DNA of 64,000 nucleotides from Clostridia bacterium (GTDB lineage Bacteria; Bacillota; Clostridia; Oscillospirales; Acutalibacteraceae): NCBI GenBank assembly GCA_017634155.1, contig JAGBNX010000016.1, positions 9,984 to 73,983 of the forward strand, read 5' to 3'. Shown piece by piece: positions 28,027 to 38,670 of this stretch (position 1 is its first letter; each line of letters starts with the position of its first letter). The notes under the pieces were generated by a model. It saw only the letters and a program-made list of their open reading frames with translations, ran no database searches and was not told where the DNA came from. The position numbers and the translations under genes were made by a program.

Positions 28027-28055
28027 ATTATAAAACTTTTTAAAAAATTTTGCAA
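28027..28055 (-). promoter_or_regulatory. Sigma-A promoter TTGCAA-17-TATAAT (minus strand)
   Basis: -35 at 28050..28055 and -10 at 28027..28032, with a 17-nt spacer. Drives the 27022..27966 gene. Confidence 0.55.
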
Positions 28056-28095
28056 GCATATTTTTTGGACGGCATCGCCGTGAAGCCACAATTAA

Positions 28096-29427
28096 TTAAA
28101 CAACGCCTTCCGAAATCATAGCTGAAGCAACTTTTTTAAAGCCTAAAATATTTGCTCCTAAAATATAATTGCCTTTTTGATTAAATTCACAAGCGGTTTG
28201 AGAAACATTCTTAAAAATAGATTTCATAATAGATTCAAGTTTATTGTGCGAAAATTCAGAATCAAAAGTCATTTTTGAACTGTTCTGGCTCATCTCGATT
28301 ACAGACGACGAAACTCCGCCAGCATTTGCAGCCTTTGCAGGACCAAAAATGATTTTATTCTCGACAAAATAATTAGTCGCATCAAGACTCGTTGGCATAT
28401 TAGCACCTTCCGAAACAAATTTTACACCGTTTTTTACTAAATTTTTGGCATCGCTTAGTAAAATTTCGTTCTGAGTGGCACACGGCAAAGCTACATCACA
28501 CGGAATGTCCCAATTAAATTTTCCTGATGTATATTTAGCGCTCGGCTCAAATTCGAGATATCTTGATATTCTATCGCGATTATTTTCTTTTATTTTTTTG
28601 ATTATCTCGAGATTAATGCCGTTTTTATCGTAAATCCAACCGGAAGAATCTGACATAGTAATAACTTTCGCGCCGTACTCTTGGGCTTTTTGAACGGTAT
28701 GAATTGCAACGTTACCGGCACCCGAAACGCAAACAGTCTTGTTTTTGAGCGATTCACCGTTTTCTCTGAGCATTTCTTCTGTAAAATAAATAAGACCAAA
28801 TCCGGTAGCCTCTTTTCGGCCTGCCAAGCCATCGTAATCTAGGCCCTTGCCAGTCAAAACGCCTTCATGTAAATTTTTAATTTTTTTATAATAACCAAAA
28901 AGATAGCCGATTTCGCGCGCACCGACTCCTATATCACCAGCCGGAACGTCTGTACTCGCGCCTATGTGTCTGAAAAGCTCGAGCATGAAACTCTGACAAA
29001 AATTCATAATTTCAAAATCAGATTTATTTTTAGGGTCAAAGTCACTCCCGCCTTTAGCGCCGCCAATCGGAAGTCCCGTTATTGCATTTTTAAAAGTCTG
29101 CTCAAAAGCCAAAAATTTCATAATAGACAAATTAACCGACGGATGAAATCTAAGTCCACCTTTAAAAGGCCCAATACAGCTATTAAACTGTACTCTGTAG
29201 CCTTTGTTTACATGTATTTTATTATTATCGTCCTTCCAAGAAACTCTGAAAGATATTGCTCTTTCGGGCTCTGTCAAACGCTCCAAAATAGAAAATTCTT
29301 CATAAATTTTGTTAGAATTTATAACAGGTTCTACTGATTTTAATGCCTCAGTAACTGCCTGATGAAATTCTTTTTCGCCGGGATTTTTTTTAACCAAATT
29401 TTCTAAAACTCTATCAATATAATTCAA
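28096..29427 (-). CDS. gdhA: NAD(P)-specific glutamate dehydrogenase
   Basis: RVQFNS.IGP.KGGLRFHPSV and LPIGGAKGGSDFDPK motifs; 443 aa. Confidence 0.9.
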   Translation of the reverse strand: MNYIDRVLENLVKKNPGEKEFHQAVTEALKSVEPVINSNKIYEEFSILERLTEPERAISFRVSWKDDNNKIHVNKGYRVQFNSCIGPFKGGLRFHPSVNLSIMKFLAFEQTFKNAITGLPIGGAKGGSDFDPKNKSDFEIMNFCQSFMLELFRHIGASTDVPAGDIGVGAREIGYLFGYYKKIKNLHEGVLTGKGLDYDGLAGRKEATGFGLIYFTEEMLRENGESLKNKTVCVSGAGNVAIHTVQKAQEYGAKVITMSDSSGWIYDKNGINLEIIKKIKENNRDRISRYLEFEPSAKYTSGKFNWDIPCDVALPCATQNEILLSDAKNLVKNGVKFVSEGANMPTSLDATNYFVENKIIFGPAKAANAGGVSSSVIEMSQNSSKMTFDSEFSHNKLESIMKSIFKNVSQTACEFNQKGNYILGANILGFKKVASAMISEGVV

Positions 29428-29489
29428 TTAAGACTCCTTTTTAAAAATCAAATTTAAAAATCAAAAAATATTAAAAACAAGCATTAAAT

Positions 29490-30257
29490 TTATTCTAAGC
29501 GTCCGGTAACATAAGCGTCGATTCTTTTATCTTTGGGATTATTAAAAAAAGTCCAAGAATCGTCATATTCAACAAGCTCGCCTTTTAAAAAAAACGCTAC
29601 GACGTCTGAAAGTCTTGCGGCCTGCTGCATATTATGCGTTACCAATACGACAGTATACTCTTTTTTCAAACGATATATCAAATCTTCGATCTTCAAAGTA
29701 GAAACTGGATCTAATGCCGAAGTCGGCTCGTCCATGAGTAAAATATTCGGAAATACTGCAATTGCGCGCGCGATACACAAACGCTGCTGTTGGCCCCCTG
29801 AAAGACTCAATGCACTTGATTTTAATCTCGACGATAAATCATCCCATAAATAAACTGATTTTAATGCAAATTCGACTATACCGTCTAAATCTGATCTTTT
29901 TTTTGTGCCGTGTGCTTTTGGACCGTAAGTAATATTATCATATATGCTCATTTCGAATAAATTTGGCCTCTGAAAAACCATACCGACGTTTTTTCTAAGT
30001 TCTGTCACATCGATTTCAGGCGCATAAATATTTTTATTATTAATTAAAATTTCGCCGTTAATCTTGCAATCATATAAATCATTCATGCGATTTATACAGC
30101 GCAAACACGTAGACTTGCCACATCCGGACGGGCCAATAAACGAAGTAACCTGATTTTTTTTTATAATTATATTAATTTTTTTCAAAGCCTGAAATTTACC
30201 ATAAAAAAGATCCAGATTTTTTATTTCTATTTCGGCCGAAGTGTTGTGTTTATTCAT
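29490..30257 (-). CDS. pstB: Phosphate ABC transporter ATP-binding protein
   Basis: [18 protein letters not shown]...G......NIY....DV..LR..VGMVFQ.PN.F..SIYDN is a PstB-specific signature. Confidence 0.85.
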   Translation of the reverse strand: MNKHNTSAEIEIKNLDLFYGKFQALKKINIIIKKNQVTSFIGPSGCGKSTCLRCINRMNDLYDCKINGEILINNKNIYAPEIDVTELRKNVGMVFQRPNLFEMSIYDNITYGPKAHGTKKRSDLDGIVEFALKSVYLWDDLSSRLKSSALSLSGGQQQRLCIARAIAVFPNILLMDEPTSALDPVSTLKIEDLIYRLKKEYTVVLVTHNMQQAARLSDVVAFFLKGELVEYDDSWTFFNNPKDKRIDAYVTGRLE

Positions 30258-30259
30258 AA

Positions 30260-31060
30260 CTAATATGATATTTCTGAGACTTTAAAAAGTAAAGTTTCTT
30301 CTGTCGATTCGTCTAGCATTTGCACTTTAACTTTGCAAGATATAGCATCGACACCAATAACTAGCGCTAAGCCATTTGGAGTTTTTACTGTTTGGCCTAT
30401 ATTCGGCAAATTTTCAAGTGATTTCGAATACATTTTGTCTTCGTATTCCAAACAGCACATAAGTCGGCCGCAAACTCCGCAAAATTTAGTGCCGCCCACA
30501 TATATATTTTGATTTGCAACTGATAGGGCATTGATTTTTTTCGGTGAATTTAAAAAAGTCTTGCAGCAAATATCAAGTCCACAAATGCCAACGCCACCAA
30601 AGAATTTTGCAGCATCTCGAACGCTCACTTGTCTGAATTCAATCCAGACTTTCAAAATTTTATAAAGCTGCCTAAGAATAATTTTAAAATCTACACGTTC
30701 GTCAGAAGAAAAATATATATATAATTTTTTCATATCAAAAGAATATTCGACACCTAGAATTTTAAATCCCGTTATATTACATGTTTGCTGTTTCGAAATT
30801 TTAAGTACTTCTTTTTCGTTTTCTTCTAGTTTTTTAATTTTATCTAAATCTTCTTCAGTAGCAACTCTAAAACTCGCTGTACGAACGTCTACCGTAACTT
30901 CAAAATTTTTGACAAGCTCTACTGAAACAATTTTCCCAAATCCGGTTTCATCAGAGCACTTAAAAACCGCGAATTTATTTAGAACATACTCACCGGATTT
31001 AATCATAAATTTCGAAATTTTATTAAAAAGTCTTGACCTAACAGACAATATTTTAAGCAT
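30260..31060 (-). CDS. yaaT: PSP1-domain protein (YaaT/RicT-like, stage 0 sporulation)
   Basis: PSP1 C-terminal domain ([41 protein letters not shown]...CC..FL). The N-terminal start is uncertain. Confidence 0.75.
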   Translation of the reverse strand: MLKILSVRSRLFNKISKFMIKSGEYVLNKFAVFKCSDETGFGKIVSVELVKNFEVTVDVRTASFRVATEEDLDKIKKLEENEKEVLKISKQQTCNITGFKILGVEYSFDMKKLYIYFSSDERVDFKIILRQLYKILKVWIEFRQVSVRDAAKFFGGVGICGLDICCKTFLNSPKKINALSVANQNIYVGGTKFCGVCGRLMCCLEYEDKMYSKSLENLPNIGQTVKTPNGLALVIGVDAISCKVKVQMLDESTEETLLFKVSEISY

Positions 31061-31082
31061 TCTTCACCTAAAATTTTAATTT

Positions 31083-31262
31083 TTAATTTATATTAGTGAT
31101 TTTTTGGTTAGTTTCTGATAATAATTTTTCGCAAAAATTTATTAAATCATGAGCTTTTTTATAATATTCTAAAGATTTTTCTAATTCAAGATTTTCGTTT
31201 TCTAATTTCGAAGCTAAATTTTCAAGTTCTGAAAAAGCTTCTTCAAATTTTTTTTTCTTCAT
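31083..31262 (-). CDS. xseB: Exodeoxyribonuclease VII small subunit
   Basis: 59-aa ORF below the track cutoff, own translation: MKKKKFEEAFSELENLASKLENENLELEKSLEYYKKAHDLINFCEKLLSETNQKITNIN. Typical XseB helix pattern; overlaps the xseA stop. Confidence 0.75.
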   Translation of the reverse strand: MKKKKFEEAFSELENLASKLENENLELEKSLEYYKKAHDLINFCEKLLSETNQKITNIN

Positions 31263-32430
31263 TTTTGTTTCCTATTTTTTGAATTTTATTTTTTGTTTTT
31301 TTTGTTTTAAGATTACAAATATTAAATTCAGCAATACCGTCTAAAAAAATTATTTTTGCTTGAGAATTTTCAGTTATATTATCTATATTTTTAATTATTT
31401 TATTATTAATTTTAATAATTACAAAGCCTTTTGTGAATATATTTTCCGGGTTAAATATTTCGAGTTTATTTTTTAATAAATTCAAATCTGATATTTTTTT
31501 ATTTATTAAATTAGAAAAATTAATATTTATTTTTTGTTTTAAAAACTTAATTTCAGAACTCAAATTTAAAATTTTATTCTCTAAAATATTTTTGAATTTT
31601 TGCTTAAAATTATTAATAATTAAAAAAATATTTTCAATACTTTCCGAAGCAAGTTCAGCAGCGACCGAAGGCGTCGATGCCCGGACGTCAGCAGCATAAT
31701 CGCAAAGAGTATAATCAACGTCGTGACCAACGGCAGAAATTACAGGAATTTTGCAATTCGAAATACGTCTTACGACTTTTTCGTTATTAAAAGCCCACAA
31801 ATCTTCAAGACTGCCACCGCCGCGCGCTATTATTATAACATCTAATTCAGGAATTTTTTCAGTTAAATCTATTGCGTTTAAAATTTCTTGCACAGCTTCT
31901 GAGCCCTGAACTCTGACAGAAGCCAAAACAATTTCAGCAATCGGGAACCTGCGTTTCAAAACACTTGAAATATCATGAATTACTGCGCCTGTTTTAGAAG
32001 TAATAACTCCAATTTTTCTCGGGAATTTTTTTAATTTTTTTTTGCGAGACTCGTCAAATAAGCCTTCGGATTCTAATTTTTTATAAAGTTTTTTAAGCGA
32101 TTCGTTAATTTCGCCAAGCCCTGCCGGAGCTAGATAATAAATATAAATTTGATACTGCCCCATAGGCTCATAACAAGAAATATTACCGTAAGCAAAGACT
32201 TTTATACCGTTTTCAAGATTAAAATTTATATTACTAGTATAATGCGAAAACATCATGCATTTAATACTACATTTTTCGTCTTTAAGAGAAAAATATAAAT
32301 GTCCCGAGCTATGCTTTTTAAAATTAGAAATTTCGCCTATAGCATGAATATTTTGCAAAACTTCGTCGTTATCTAAAAGCATTTTTATATATGCGTTAAG
32401 TTCAGTAATACTTGCAGCTTCTTGATTCAT
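31243..32430 (-). CDS. xseA: Exodeoxyribonuclease VII large subunit
   Basis: OB-fold N-terminus (GEISNFKKHSSGHLYFSLKDE), then GVITS.TGA...D, ARGGGS.EDLW.FN, PVISAVGH..D. Confidence 0.9.
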   Translation of the reverse strand: MNQEAASITELNAYIKMLLDNDEVLQNIHAIGEISNFKKHSSGHLYFSLKDEKCSIKCMMFSHYTSNINFNLENGIKVFAYGNISCYEPMGQYQIYIYYLAPAGLGEINESLKKLYKKLESEGLFDESRKKKLKKFPRKIGVITSKTGAVIHDISSVLKRRFPIAEIVLASVRVQGSEAVQEILNAIDLTEKIPELDVIIIARGGGSLEDLWAFNNEKVVRRISNCKIPVISAVGHDVDYTLCDYAADVRASTPSVAAELASESIENIFLIINNFKQKFKNILENKILNLSSEIKFLKQKININFSNLINKKISDLNLLKNKLEIFNPENIFTKGFVIIKINNKIIKNIDNITENSQAKIIFLDGIAEFNICNLKTKKTKNKIQKIGNKNEEKKI

Positions 32431-32433
32431 ATT

Positions 32434-32829
32434 TTACTTCACAATAAAATTATTTTTATTATTAATATAATTTTTATAAGAATTCGAAACTGAAGTCAAA
32501 ACAGCTTGAACATAATTAGCTTCTTCTTCGCTGCCAAAAATTTTGGCCATTTCAACTTCTTCGTTTATTACAATCGCCATCGGAATTTTTTCTTGAATTA
32601 ATTCATAAATTCCCATTCGCATCGCAGACTTTGCCACACGCGAGATACGCTCGAACTTCCAGTTGCGAATATTTTCTTTTATTAAATTATCTATAATTAA
32701 AATATTTTCGTTAACTCCAGTAAAAATTTCTTTTGCAAACTCGCTCACAGAATCATCGCAATTATTAATCCCAAAAGTACTTGAAAATAATAACTTAAAC
32801 GCCTCTTTTCGATCTTCTCGCCTGCTCAT
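32434..32829 (-). CDS. nusB: Transcription antitermination factor NusB
   Basis: MSRREDRKEAFKLLF...; 131 aa; conserved nusB-xseA-xseB order. Confidence 0.8.
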   Translation of the reverse strand: MSRREDRKEAFKLLFSSTFGINNCDDSVSEFAKEIFTGVNENILIIDNLIKENIRNWKFERISRVAKSAMRMGIYELIQEKIPMAIVINEEVEMAKIFGSEEEANYVQAVLTSVSNSYKNYINNKNNFIVK

Positions 32830-32830
32830 A

Positions 32831-34843
32831 TTACTGTCCCGAAGCGCGCTTTAAAATTTTAGATTCGTTTAAATTTGCTTTTTTGCCAGAATTAATCGCA
32901 ATTTTATAATTATCACCGCGTTTTTTGATTTTAAAAATCTCAAGTTCGTCAAATATTTTTAAAATAATTAATATTTTAGCAATTCTAATTTTTGGTTCAT
33001 CAAGACTTAAATAAATTTTTTCGACTCTAAAAGCAAACAAAGAATTTGATTTTATAAATTTAAATATTCTTTCAAAATCATCACGTGTTGGAACACAATC
33101 TTCAGGCAAAGAACTTATTCCGGACATAAAATCTTCAAAAATCCTTTGTTCTTTAGCGAACTCTAACGTATCAATTAACGAATATTTCACATCTACAACA
33201 TGAATAACAGCACTTTCAAAGCCCGAAAAACAATTGCGCTTTATTCGCATGGCAATATCTAAAATATCACCAGGACTAAACATAAATTCATTAATTGTCA
33301 TACCAAACATAGTGCCGTCAAACATTTCTTCGCCCGATTTAAAACAAACTTTAATATGTTTTCCGCCACCAATAGGAAAAACTTTTGTAAGTTCCACACC
33401 CATTATACCAAAAATAGGCTCATTATTAGCGTTACCAAACGGAGCTATTCGCTGAATTTCATCGACTGTTTCAACCGAAATATCACTGGGATTAATAATA
33501 TAATCGATTTTTAGATTATAAAACGGCATGTCTGAACTATTTGCAAGTCCTAAAAATTTTTTCTTAAAAGCTTCAAGATTTTCTAGCTTAAGATTTGCTC
33601 CGGCAGCTAAAGTATGTCCGCCAAATTTATCGATTAAATCTTTGCATTTTGATAAATATTCGTGAATATCAAATCCTTCGATGCTACGTGCAGAACCTCG
33701 GACTTCGTTTTTTTTAATTGCAAACAAAAAACACGGCTTGCCGAATTTATTACAAATTACAGATGCTGCAATTCCAACAACTCCGTGATTCCATTTTTTG
33801 CTCCAAGCAAAAATAACTCTCTCATCATCTAAATTATTTTTAAATATTTCAAGCTCGACTTCTTCCAAAACAGACTTGCATAAATTTTTTCTATCGTCGT
33901 TCATTTTTAACGCAATTTGCAGAAACGAACGTGCTTCGTCAAGACTTGCAGACAAAAGCAACTGAGCGGCAGTCTCAGCTGACCCCATACGACCACAGGC
34001 ATTCAATTTCGGAACGATTCCAAAAGAAACTTCGTTACCGTTCATTTGATTATTAAACACGCTGCCTTCCATCAAAACTCTTACGCCAGGCCTTTTCGAA
34101 TAACTAAAATATTTAAAAGCCTTGCTAATCATAAGTCTATTTTCGTCAATTAAAGGCACCATATCACCAATCGTACCAATAGCTAACAAATCACCGTATT
34201 CTTTGATTAAATCTTCAGGAGAAATATTATCTTTTTCAAGTTCTTGCAAAATTTTAAAAACAACACCGACTCCGGCAAAATCTTTAAAGCCGTCTTTATT
34301 CAAATACGGGTTAACTATCGCAACCGCTGGCGGCAACTTTTCCGGAATCTTATGATGATCCGTAATTATAGTATCGATTCCTAATTCTTTTGCATATAAA
34401 ATTTCGTCATAAGCCGAAATTCCGTTATCTACCGTAATTATTAAATTAACGCCGTAGTTATGTATTTCATCTATAACATTTTTTGTCAGTCCGTAACCTT
34501 CTTCATATCTGGACGGCAGCATATAAATTACATCTAAATTTTTTTTTAATAAATAAGAATAAAACATAACAGTAGCTGTTATTCCATCGCAGTCATAATC
34601 GCCAAAAACACAAATTTTTTCAAATTTTTCAATTGCCTTATTTAATCTTGAAACTAACTCAGGCATTCCGCAAAATTTCGAAGAATCCGAAAAAGAATAA
34701 TCACAGTCCAGAAATTTTTTTATATCTGACATACTTTCGAAATTTCTTGACGATAATATATCGATAAGCAAAGGCGAAACGCCTGAATTTAATATTTCTT
34801 CTTTTGAAAAATCTTTTTTTTCAGGTAGCATCCAAACTTTCAA
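32831..34843 (-). CDS. recJ: Single-stranded-DNA-specific exonuclease RecJ
   Basis: DHH motifs (GDYDCDGITA, VDNGI, ITDHH) and DHHA1 (GGH..AAG). Confidence 0.9.
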   Translation of the reverse strand: MKVWMLPEKKDFSKEEILNSGVSPLLIDILSSRNFESMSDIKKFLDCDYSFSDSSKFCGMPELVSRLNKAIEKFEKICVFGDYDCDGITATVMFYSYLLKKNLDVIYMLPSRYEEGYGLTKNVIDEIHNYGVNLIITVDNGISAYDEILYAKELGIDTIITDHHKIPEKLPPAVAIVNPYLNKDGFKDFAGVGVVFKILQELEKDNISPEDLIKEYGDLLAIGTIGDMVPLIDENRLMISKAFKYFSYSKRPGVRVLMEGSVFNNQMNGNEVSFGIVPKLNACGRMGSAETAAQLLLSASLDEARSFLQIALKMNDDRKNLCKSVLEEVELEIFKNNLDDERVIFAWSKKWNHGVVGIAASVICNKFGKPCFLFAIKKNEVRGSARSIEGFDIHEYLSKCKDLIDKFGGHTLAAGANLKLENLEAFKKKFLGLANSSDMPFYNLKIDYIINPSDISVETVDEIQRIAPFGNANNEPIFGIMGVELTKVFPIGGGKHIKVCFKSGEEMFDGTMFGMTINEFMFSPGDILDIAMRIKRNCFSGFESAVIHVVDVKYSLIDTLEFAKEQRIFEDFMSGISSLPEDCVPTRDDFERIFKFIKSNSLFAFRVEKIYLSLDEPKIRIAKILIILKIFDELEIFKIKKRGDNYKIAINSGKKANLNESKILKRASGQ

Positions 34844-34869
34844 AATTTATTACAACTCATTTCTGATTA

Positions 34870-35052
34870 TTATTTTTTTTTAAATACGTCGCCACGAATA
34901 ATACAGCCGCAATTCGGGCACCGAAACTTGCCGTCTTTTTCGGGTTTAGCCATCATTCCTGATTCCCCACAAGACGGACATTTGAAACCTACGGACCTGT
35001 CCATATAATTTTTCATATAATCGTCCATATTGAAATTATTCACAGCAACCAC
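34870..35052 (-). CDS. Small zinc-ribbon protein
   Basis: CPSCG...17 aa...CPNCG. The start may be the GTG at 35043. Confidence 0.5.
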   Translation of the reverse strand: MVAVNNFNMDDYMKNYMDRSVGFKCPSCGESGMMAKPEKDGKFRCPNCGCIIRGDVFKKK

Positions 35053-35091
35053 CTCTTTGATTCTACTATACAGTAATCAAATAAAAAACAA

Positions 35092-35237
35092 AAGCATTAT
35101 CAAAAAATAGATATTCCCGAAAAAAATAGACAATTTCTCCGGCGCCGCCGGAGAGAGTATTTCAAGTTCAATTTTTTCGTTTCGAAAGAATTCTAATGTT
35201 CTATGAATTTATCGCTCCTGTTCATTTTAGCAATGCC
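35092..35237 (+). mobile_element. MITE-like repeat, full-length copy with terminal inverted repeats
   Basis: 5' AGCATTATCAAAAAATAGAT...; hairpin TCTCCGGC-GCC-GCCGGAGA at 35136..35154; interior CTAATGTTCTATGAATTTATCGC; 3' TIR TTTAGCAATGCC at 35226..35237. Colinear with the 60646 copy. Confidence 0.65.
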
Positions 35238-35252
35238 GTTCTAAATGAACTG

Positions 35253-35281
35253 TTGACAAGATAATTTTCTTTTTTTATAAT
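35253..35281 (+). promoter_or_regulatory. Perfect consensus sigma-A promoter TTGACA-17-TATAAT for tRNA-Arg
   Basis: TTGACA 35253..35258, 17-nt spacer, TATAAT 35276..35281; 28 nt upstream of the tRNA. Confidence 0.7.
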
Positions 35282-35308
35282 GCAACGAAAGATTCTGGTG
35301 ATCTTTTT

Positions 35309-35386
35309 GCGCCTGTAGCTCAGCTGGATTAGAGTATTTGGCTACGAACCAAAAGGTCGGGGGTTCGAATCCCTCCAGGCGTGCCA
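35309..35386 (+). tRNA. tRNA-Arg (anticodon ACG)
   Basis: Hand-folded cloverleaf. Acceptor GCGCCTG/CAGGCGT (G1-U72), anticodon stem TTTGG/CCAAA with loop CTACGAA, T-arm GGGGG-TTCGAAT-CCCTC, encoded CCA. Confidence 0.9.
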
Positions 35387-35451
35387 GAGTTTTTAATTTT
35401 TTTATTTTAGTCGATAATTTGATTTTTAATTAAAGTTGGATGGAATGTTTT

Positions 35452-36272
35452 ATGAAGAAATTTAATAAAAAAATAGCACTTGCATTAGCGTGTAGTTCGT
35501 TCTTGGGGAACAGAACTTCTCAAGCCACTCGGAAGTTTAATAAAGCAGAAATGGTGGAATTGTTGTTGCGGGAACGTCGGCTGGTGGCGTCTTTGGATTG
35601 TTGGTTACTTATTGGTTAATGAAAAACGGAAATAATAAAAAACGACTTTCTTTCGATGGGATGTTATTTTCAAGATTTTGTGCTTTTTGCCGCATAAACG
35701 GGTTTAATGAAAAAATTGTTATTAATATATTTCAATCTGAGAATTTTAAAAATTGTGATAATAGTGGTCGTGATGTCCGTCAAGTATTTTTTGGCAAAAA
35801 TAAGGATTCTGATGAATTTAAGAAACTAGATTCTTATTTCGGAATCAGTAATGAATATGAGCGTTATGTTTTTCAAAATTTTATTAATGATTCATATAAT
35901 AATTTGATTAAAAAAATCAAGCAAGAAATAAAAAATATTATTAGTAATTATGAGTGCTCGTTAGCAGAAATATTAAAAGGTTCAGAGGCTTCTGAAGGAT
36001 TTCTACAAAACGCAAAAAAGACCAAAATTTATAATCATGTAGACTGGAGTAATAGAGAATCGTATACTAATCCCAGATTTGTTATTAAATGCGAAAGTGG
36101 CAAACTTGGTATGCAAATATATTGCGATTTACAGAAATATCAATCCAGTGATAAACATGAAGTTTCAATTAATGATATTTTCAAAGACAAAGAAAGTCAG
36201 GAACTCTTGAAAAAATTAAGTGATTTTTTGCTAAGCTACAAAAATTATGCCAAAATCTTATTTGGTATTTAG
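35452..36272 (+). pseudogene. Accessory-family gene (subfamily A-like) interrupted by a -1 frame break
   Basis: ATG 35452 gives MKKFNKKIALALACSSFLGNRTSQATRKFNKAE..., stop 35617..35619. The -1 frame opens after TAATAA and reads NGGIVVAGTSAGGVFGLLVTYWLMKNG into ORF 35598..36272. Confidence 0.65.
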
Positions 36273-36752
36273 TTTGGGAGTTTGCTTGTCTCTTAATTTT
36301 AATTTTAAGCAAATTCTACGTATACGAAAGCGATTGTAACGTTGTATGAGCATGCATGGCAAGTTGCCTAGTATTATTAATCCGGACATAATACACGAAA
36401 GTTTTATATTTTTTAAATTATTTAACAAAAACAAAAACGGCACCGAGAAACAACAGATTAAATGATCAATTTCGGCCCTGTACGTTTCTGCTATAAATTT
36501 TTTTAAATATTCTAAATTAAAATTTTTGATTTTTTCTTTAGAAAATCCGTTTTTCATCACAAATTGAGGAATTTTATCTTTCCATTTTTTTATTTTAAGT
36601 ATTTTTTCGTAGAATTTTTCTTTTTTTAAAAAATATAAAGAATTATTTCTTTTATCTTCTCTATAGAAAGCTAAGCTATCTGGTAAAATAATTATTCTAA
36701 AAGATAAATAGTGCCAAATAGTAACAAAAATTATGTCATAAAAAAAATTCAT
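36258..36752 (-). CDS. Membrane protein resembling glycosyl-4,4'-diaponeurosporenoate acyltransferase (CrtO-like)
   Basis: KKWKDKIP......FSK..I......YLKKFI.ETYRAEIDH pattern and 4 TM. Confidence 0.4.
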   Translation of the reverse strand: MNFFYDIIFVTIWHYLSFRIIILPDSLAFYREDKRNNSLYFLKKEKFYEKILKIKKWKDKIPQFVMKNGFSKEKIKNFNLEYLKKFIAETYRAEIDHLICCFSVPFLFLLNNLKNIKLSCIMSGLIILGNLPCMLIQRYNRFRIRRICLKLKLRDKQTPKLNTK

Positions 36753-36870
36753 TTTTAGTTCCTCATTATTTATAAAGTCATTTTATATCGATTAATTTTA
36801 ATTATATATTTATTTTTTTGCACGTTTTCAATGCTTGTTATAAATTATTTTTTTGATAAATTGCATACTA

Positions 36871-37917
36871 TTAATTTAAATTTTGAATATCAAGTGCTTT
36901 TTGATATGCCTCAGCGGCGAACGCTTCATGAATAGCTGAATTATTTACTTCAAGATCTGATTTGCCTGTTTTCAACCAGCAATCTATAACAATTTGTTTT
37001 TGTTCATCAGTTTTTTTATAATTTAAAATGCATTCTTGGCGTTTAGATTCAGCAAAATTAAAATATGCATTCCAAGATTTCTCACTGAAACTTTCTTTTA
37101 AGTCTTTATCTGATTTTACTTTTTCCCAAGCTTCAGCAGCGTCTTCCCAAGATTTTTTGTTATTTTTGTATTTTGCTAGAGATTCATAATATTTAGCGTC
37201 AGCATAGGCATTATAAGATTTTTTTATATTTTTTACTTTTTGCCATTTTTCTGCAGCATAAAAAAACGAACAGCAATTTATTGTGCGATTTTTTTTGCTA
37301 TCATAATTTCTACAGCAATGATAATCAAAATTTTTGTCATGAATAATTTCACCGGCTTCGCACCAGCATTCCTGAGCTTTTGCCAAAACTTCTGCTGATT
37401 TTACATAATTAATTTGAAAATCATAACTTTGTTCGTTGCTAATTTTATTTGCCCGTTCAGAATATAATTCTGAAGCTTTTTTATAGAATTCTTGAGATTT
37501 TTTGCAATTAATATCTAGTTTTTTGCTTTTAATATCTAAATTATTTTTTAATAATTTGTAAGTTTTCAAATCTTCGTACATTAAACATCTGTAATAATCA
37601 GCCATGTGTTCATAATATTCAGGAGACCTTTTACTTTCTTTTGCTGCAGCGATTTTATAAAATTCGGCGACTTTTTCCCAGTTTTTTTTAAAAGAATTAG
37701 GTTCAGACGAATTTTTTATTTTTAAAATAATTGCTCCAATAATAGTAATAATCCCAAAAGTTGCAATGCTACTTGCAATAAATTTTTTCAAATAATTTAA
37801 TTTCTGACAAGCCAGATTTTGAGCAGCATTAATTATTTTTATATTCGAATTTTTATTTCCAAAAAACAGTATGCTTAATATTATAGCTATAAATTTTTTT
37901 TTATTAAATTTATTCAT
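36871..37917 (-). CDS. Accessory-family protein, intact; helical-repeat (TPR/Sel1-like) C-terminal domain
   Basis: MNKFNKKKFIAIILSILFFG, then FIASSIATFGIITIIGAIILKI. Repeated A..Y/W-rich helices (AAEKWQKV, AAEAWEKV). Track start 37929 overlaps the GGAGG RBS. Confidence 0.7.
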   Translation of the reverse strand: MNKFNKKKFIAIILSILFFGNKNSNIKIINAAQNLACQKLNYLKKFIASSIATFGIITIIGAIILKIKNSSEPNSFKKNWEKVAEFYKIAAAKESKRSPEYYEHMADYYRCLMYEDLKTYKLLKNNLDIKSKKLDINCKKSQEFYKKASELYSERANKISNEQSYDFQINYVKSAEVLAKAQECWCEAGEIIHDKNFDYHCCRNYDSKKNRTINCCSFFYAAEKWQKVKNIKKSYNAYADAKYYESLAKYKNNKKSWEDAAEAWEKVKSDKDLKESFSEKSWNAYFNFAESKRQECILNYKKTDEQKQIVIDCWLKTGKSDLEVNNSAIHEAFAAEAYQKALDIQNLN

Positions 37918-38006
37918 AACGGCCTCCATTCATGGAAAATAAATCACAAGCAAATATATAAATAAAAATTAATATTGTTTTTGGCGAGTCCAGAAAAAAA
38001 CATGAC

Positions 38007-38642
38007 TCAGACTATTGATTTTATACTTATAAGCTTAGATAAATCATAATTATCTATTTTTAAATTTTTTTCTTTTTCTTTGAGAAAAACAAACTCGTTG
38101 TATGCATTCAAAGTATTAGGATGAATTATTTTATTGCTATGTGAAATATCGCGTATTGTATCAGCAAGTCCCGCAAAAACTGCGTCGTTTAAGCTGAGCG
38201 ACGCAAGTGCTCTGAGTTTGTCTACTCCGCCAAAATTTCGGTCTTCTGATATAAAATCTGCTAAGTATACAACTTTTTCAAGATTGCTCATGCCGGCTCT
38301 TGCAGTAGTATGAAATCTTATTGCGTTAAAAATATCCATGTCAGGTATTTTTAAAATAATTTTTACAAAACAGGCCCCGGTTATAGAATGAAAAAGCTTT
38401 TTTGAAATATATTCGTAACTAGTTACTCCGATATTATATTTATGCAAAAAAGTCATATGGTCATGTACTTTCCATTCTTTAGTAATATCATGCAAAATTC
38501 CTGCAATTACTGCTTTTTCTTCGTCTGCGTTATATTTAAATGCAAGCCACCTTGCTGCTCGCGCGACATTTACAGAATGCCTGAATCTTTTTTCTGATAG
38601 TCTTTCTCTTATAAATTTTTCAAACGGAAACATTTTTATCAC
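38007..38642 (-). CDS. yqeK: HD-domain bis(5'-nucleosyl)-tetraphosphatase YqeK
   Basis: RFRHSVNVARAA..LA......EKA.IAGILHDITKE. Confidence 0.75.
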   Translation of the reverse strand: MIKMFPFEKFIRERLSEKRFRHSVNVARAARWLAFKYNADEEKAVIAGILHDITKEWKVHDHMTFLHKYNIGVTSYEYISKKLFHSITGACFVKIILKIPDMDIFNAIRFHTTARAGMSNLEKVVYLADFISEDRNFGGVDKLRALASLSLNDAVFAGLADTIRDISHSNKIIHPNTLNAYNEFVFLKEKEKNLKIDNYDLSKLISIKSIV

Positions 38643-38670
38643 CTTTCTTATATTTTTTTAATTTTTTATT

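Noticed and set aside
28063-28085. GGACGGC-ATC-GCCGTGAAG hairpin below gdhA as its intrinsic terminator
   Set aside because: On the transcribed (minus) strand the stem is followed by an A-run rather than a U-run. It is short (5-6 bp) and resembles a degenerate copy of the core repeat hairpin, so no terminator call was made.
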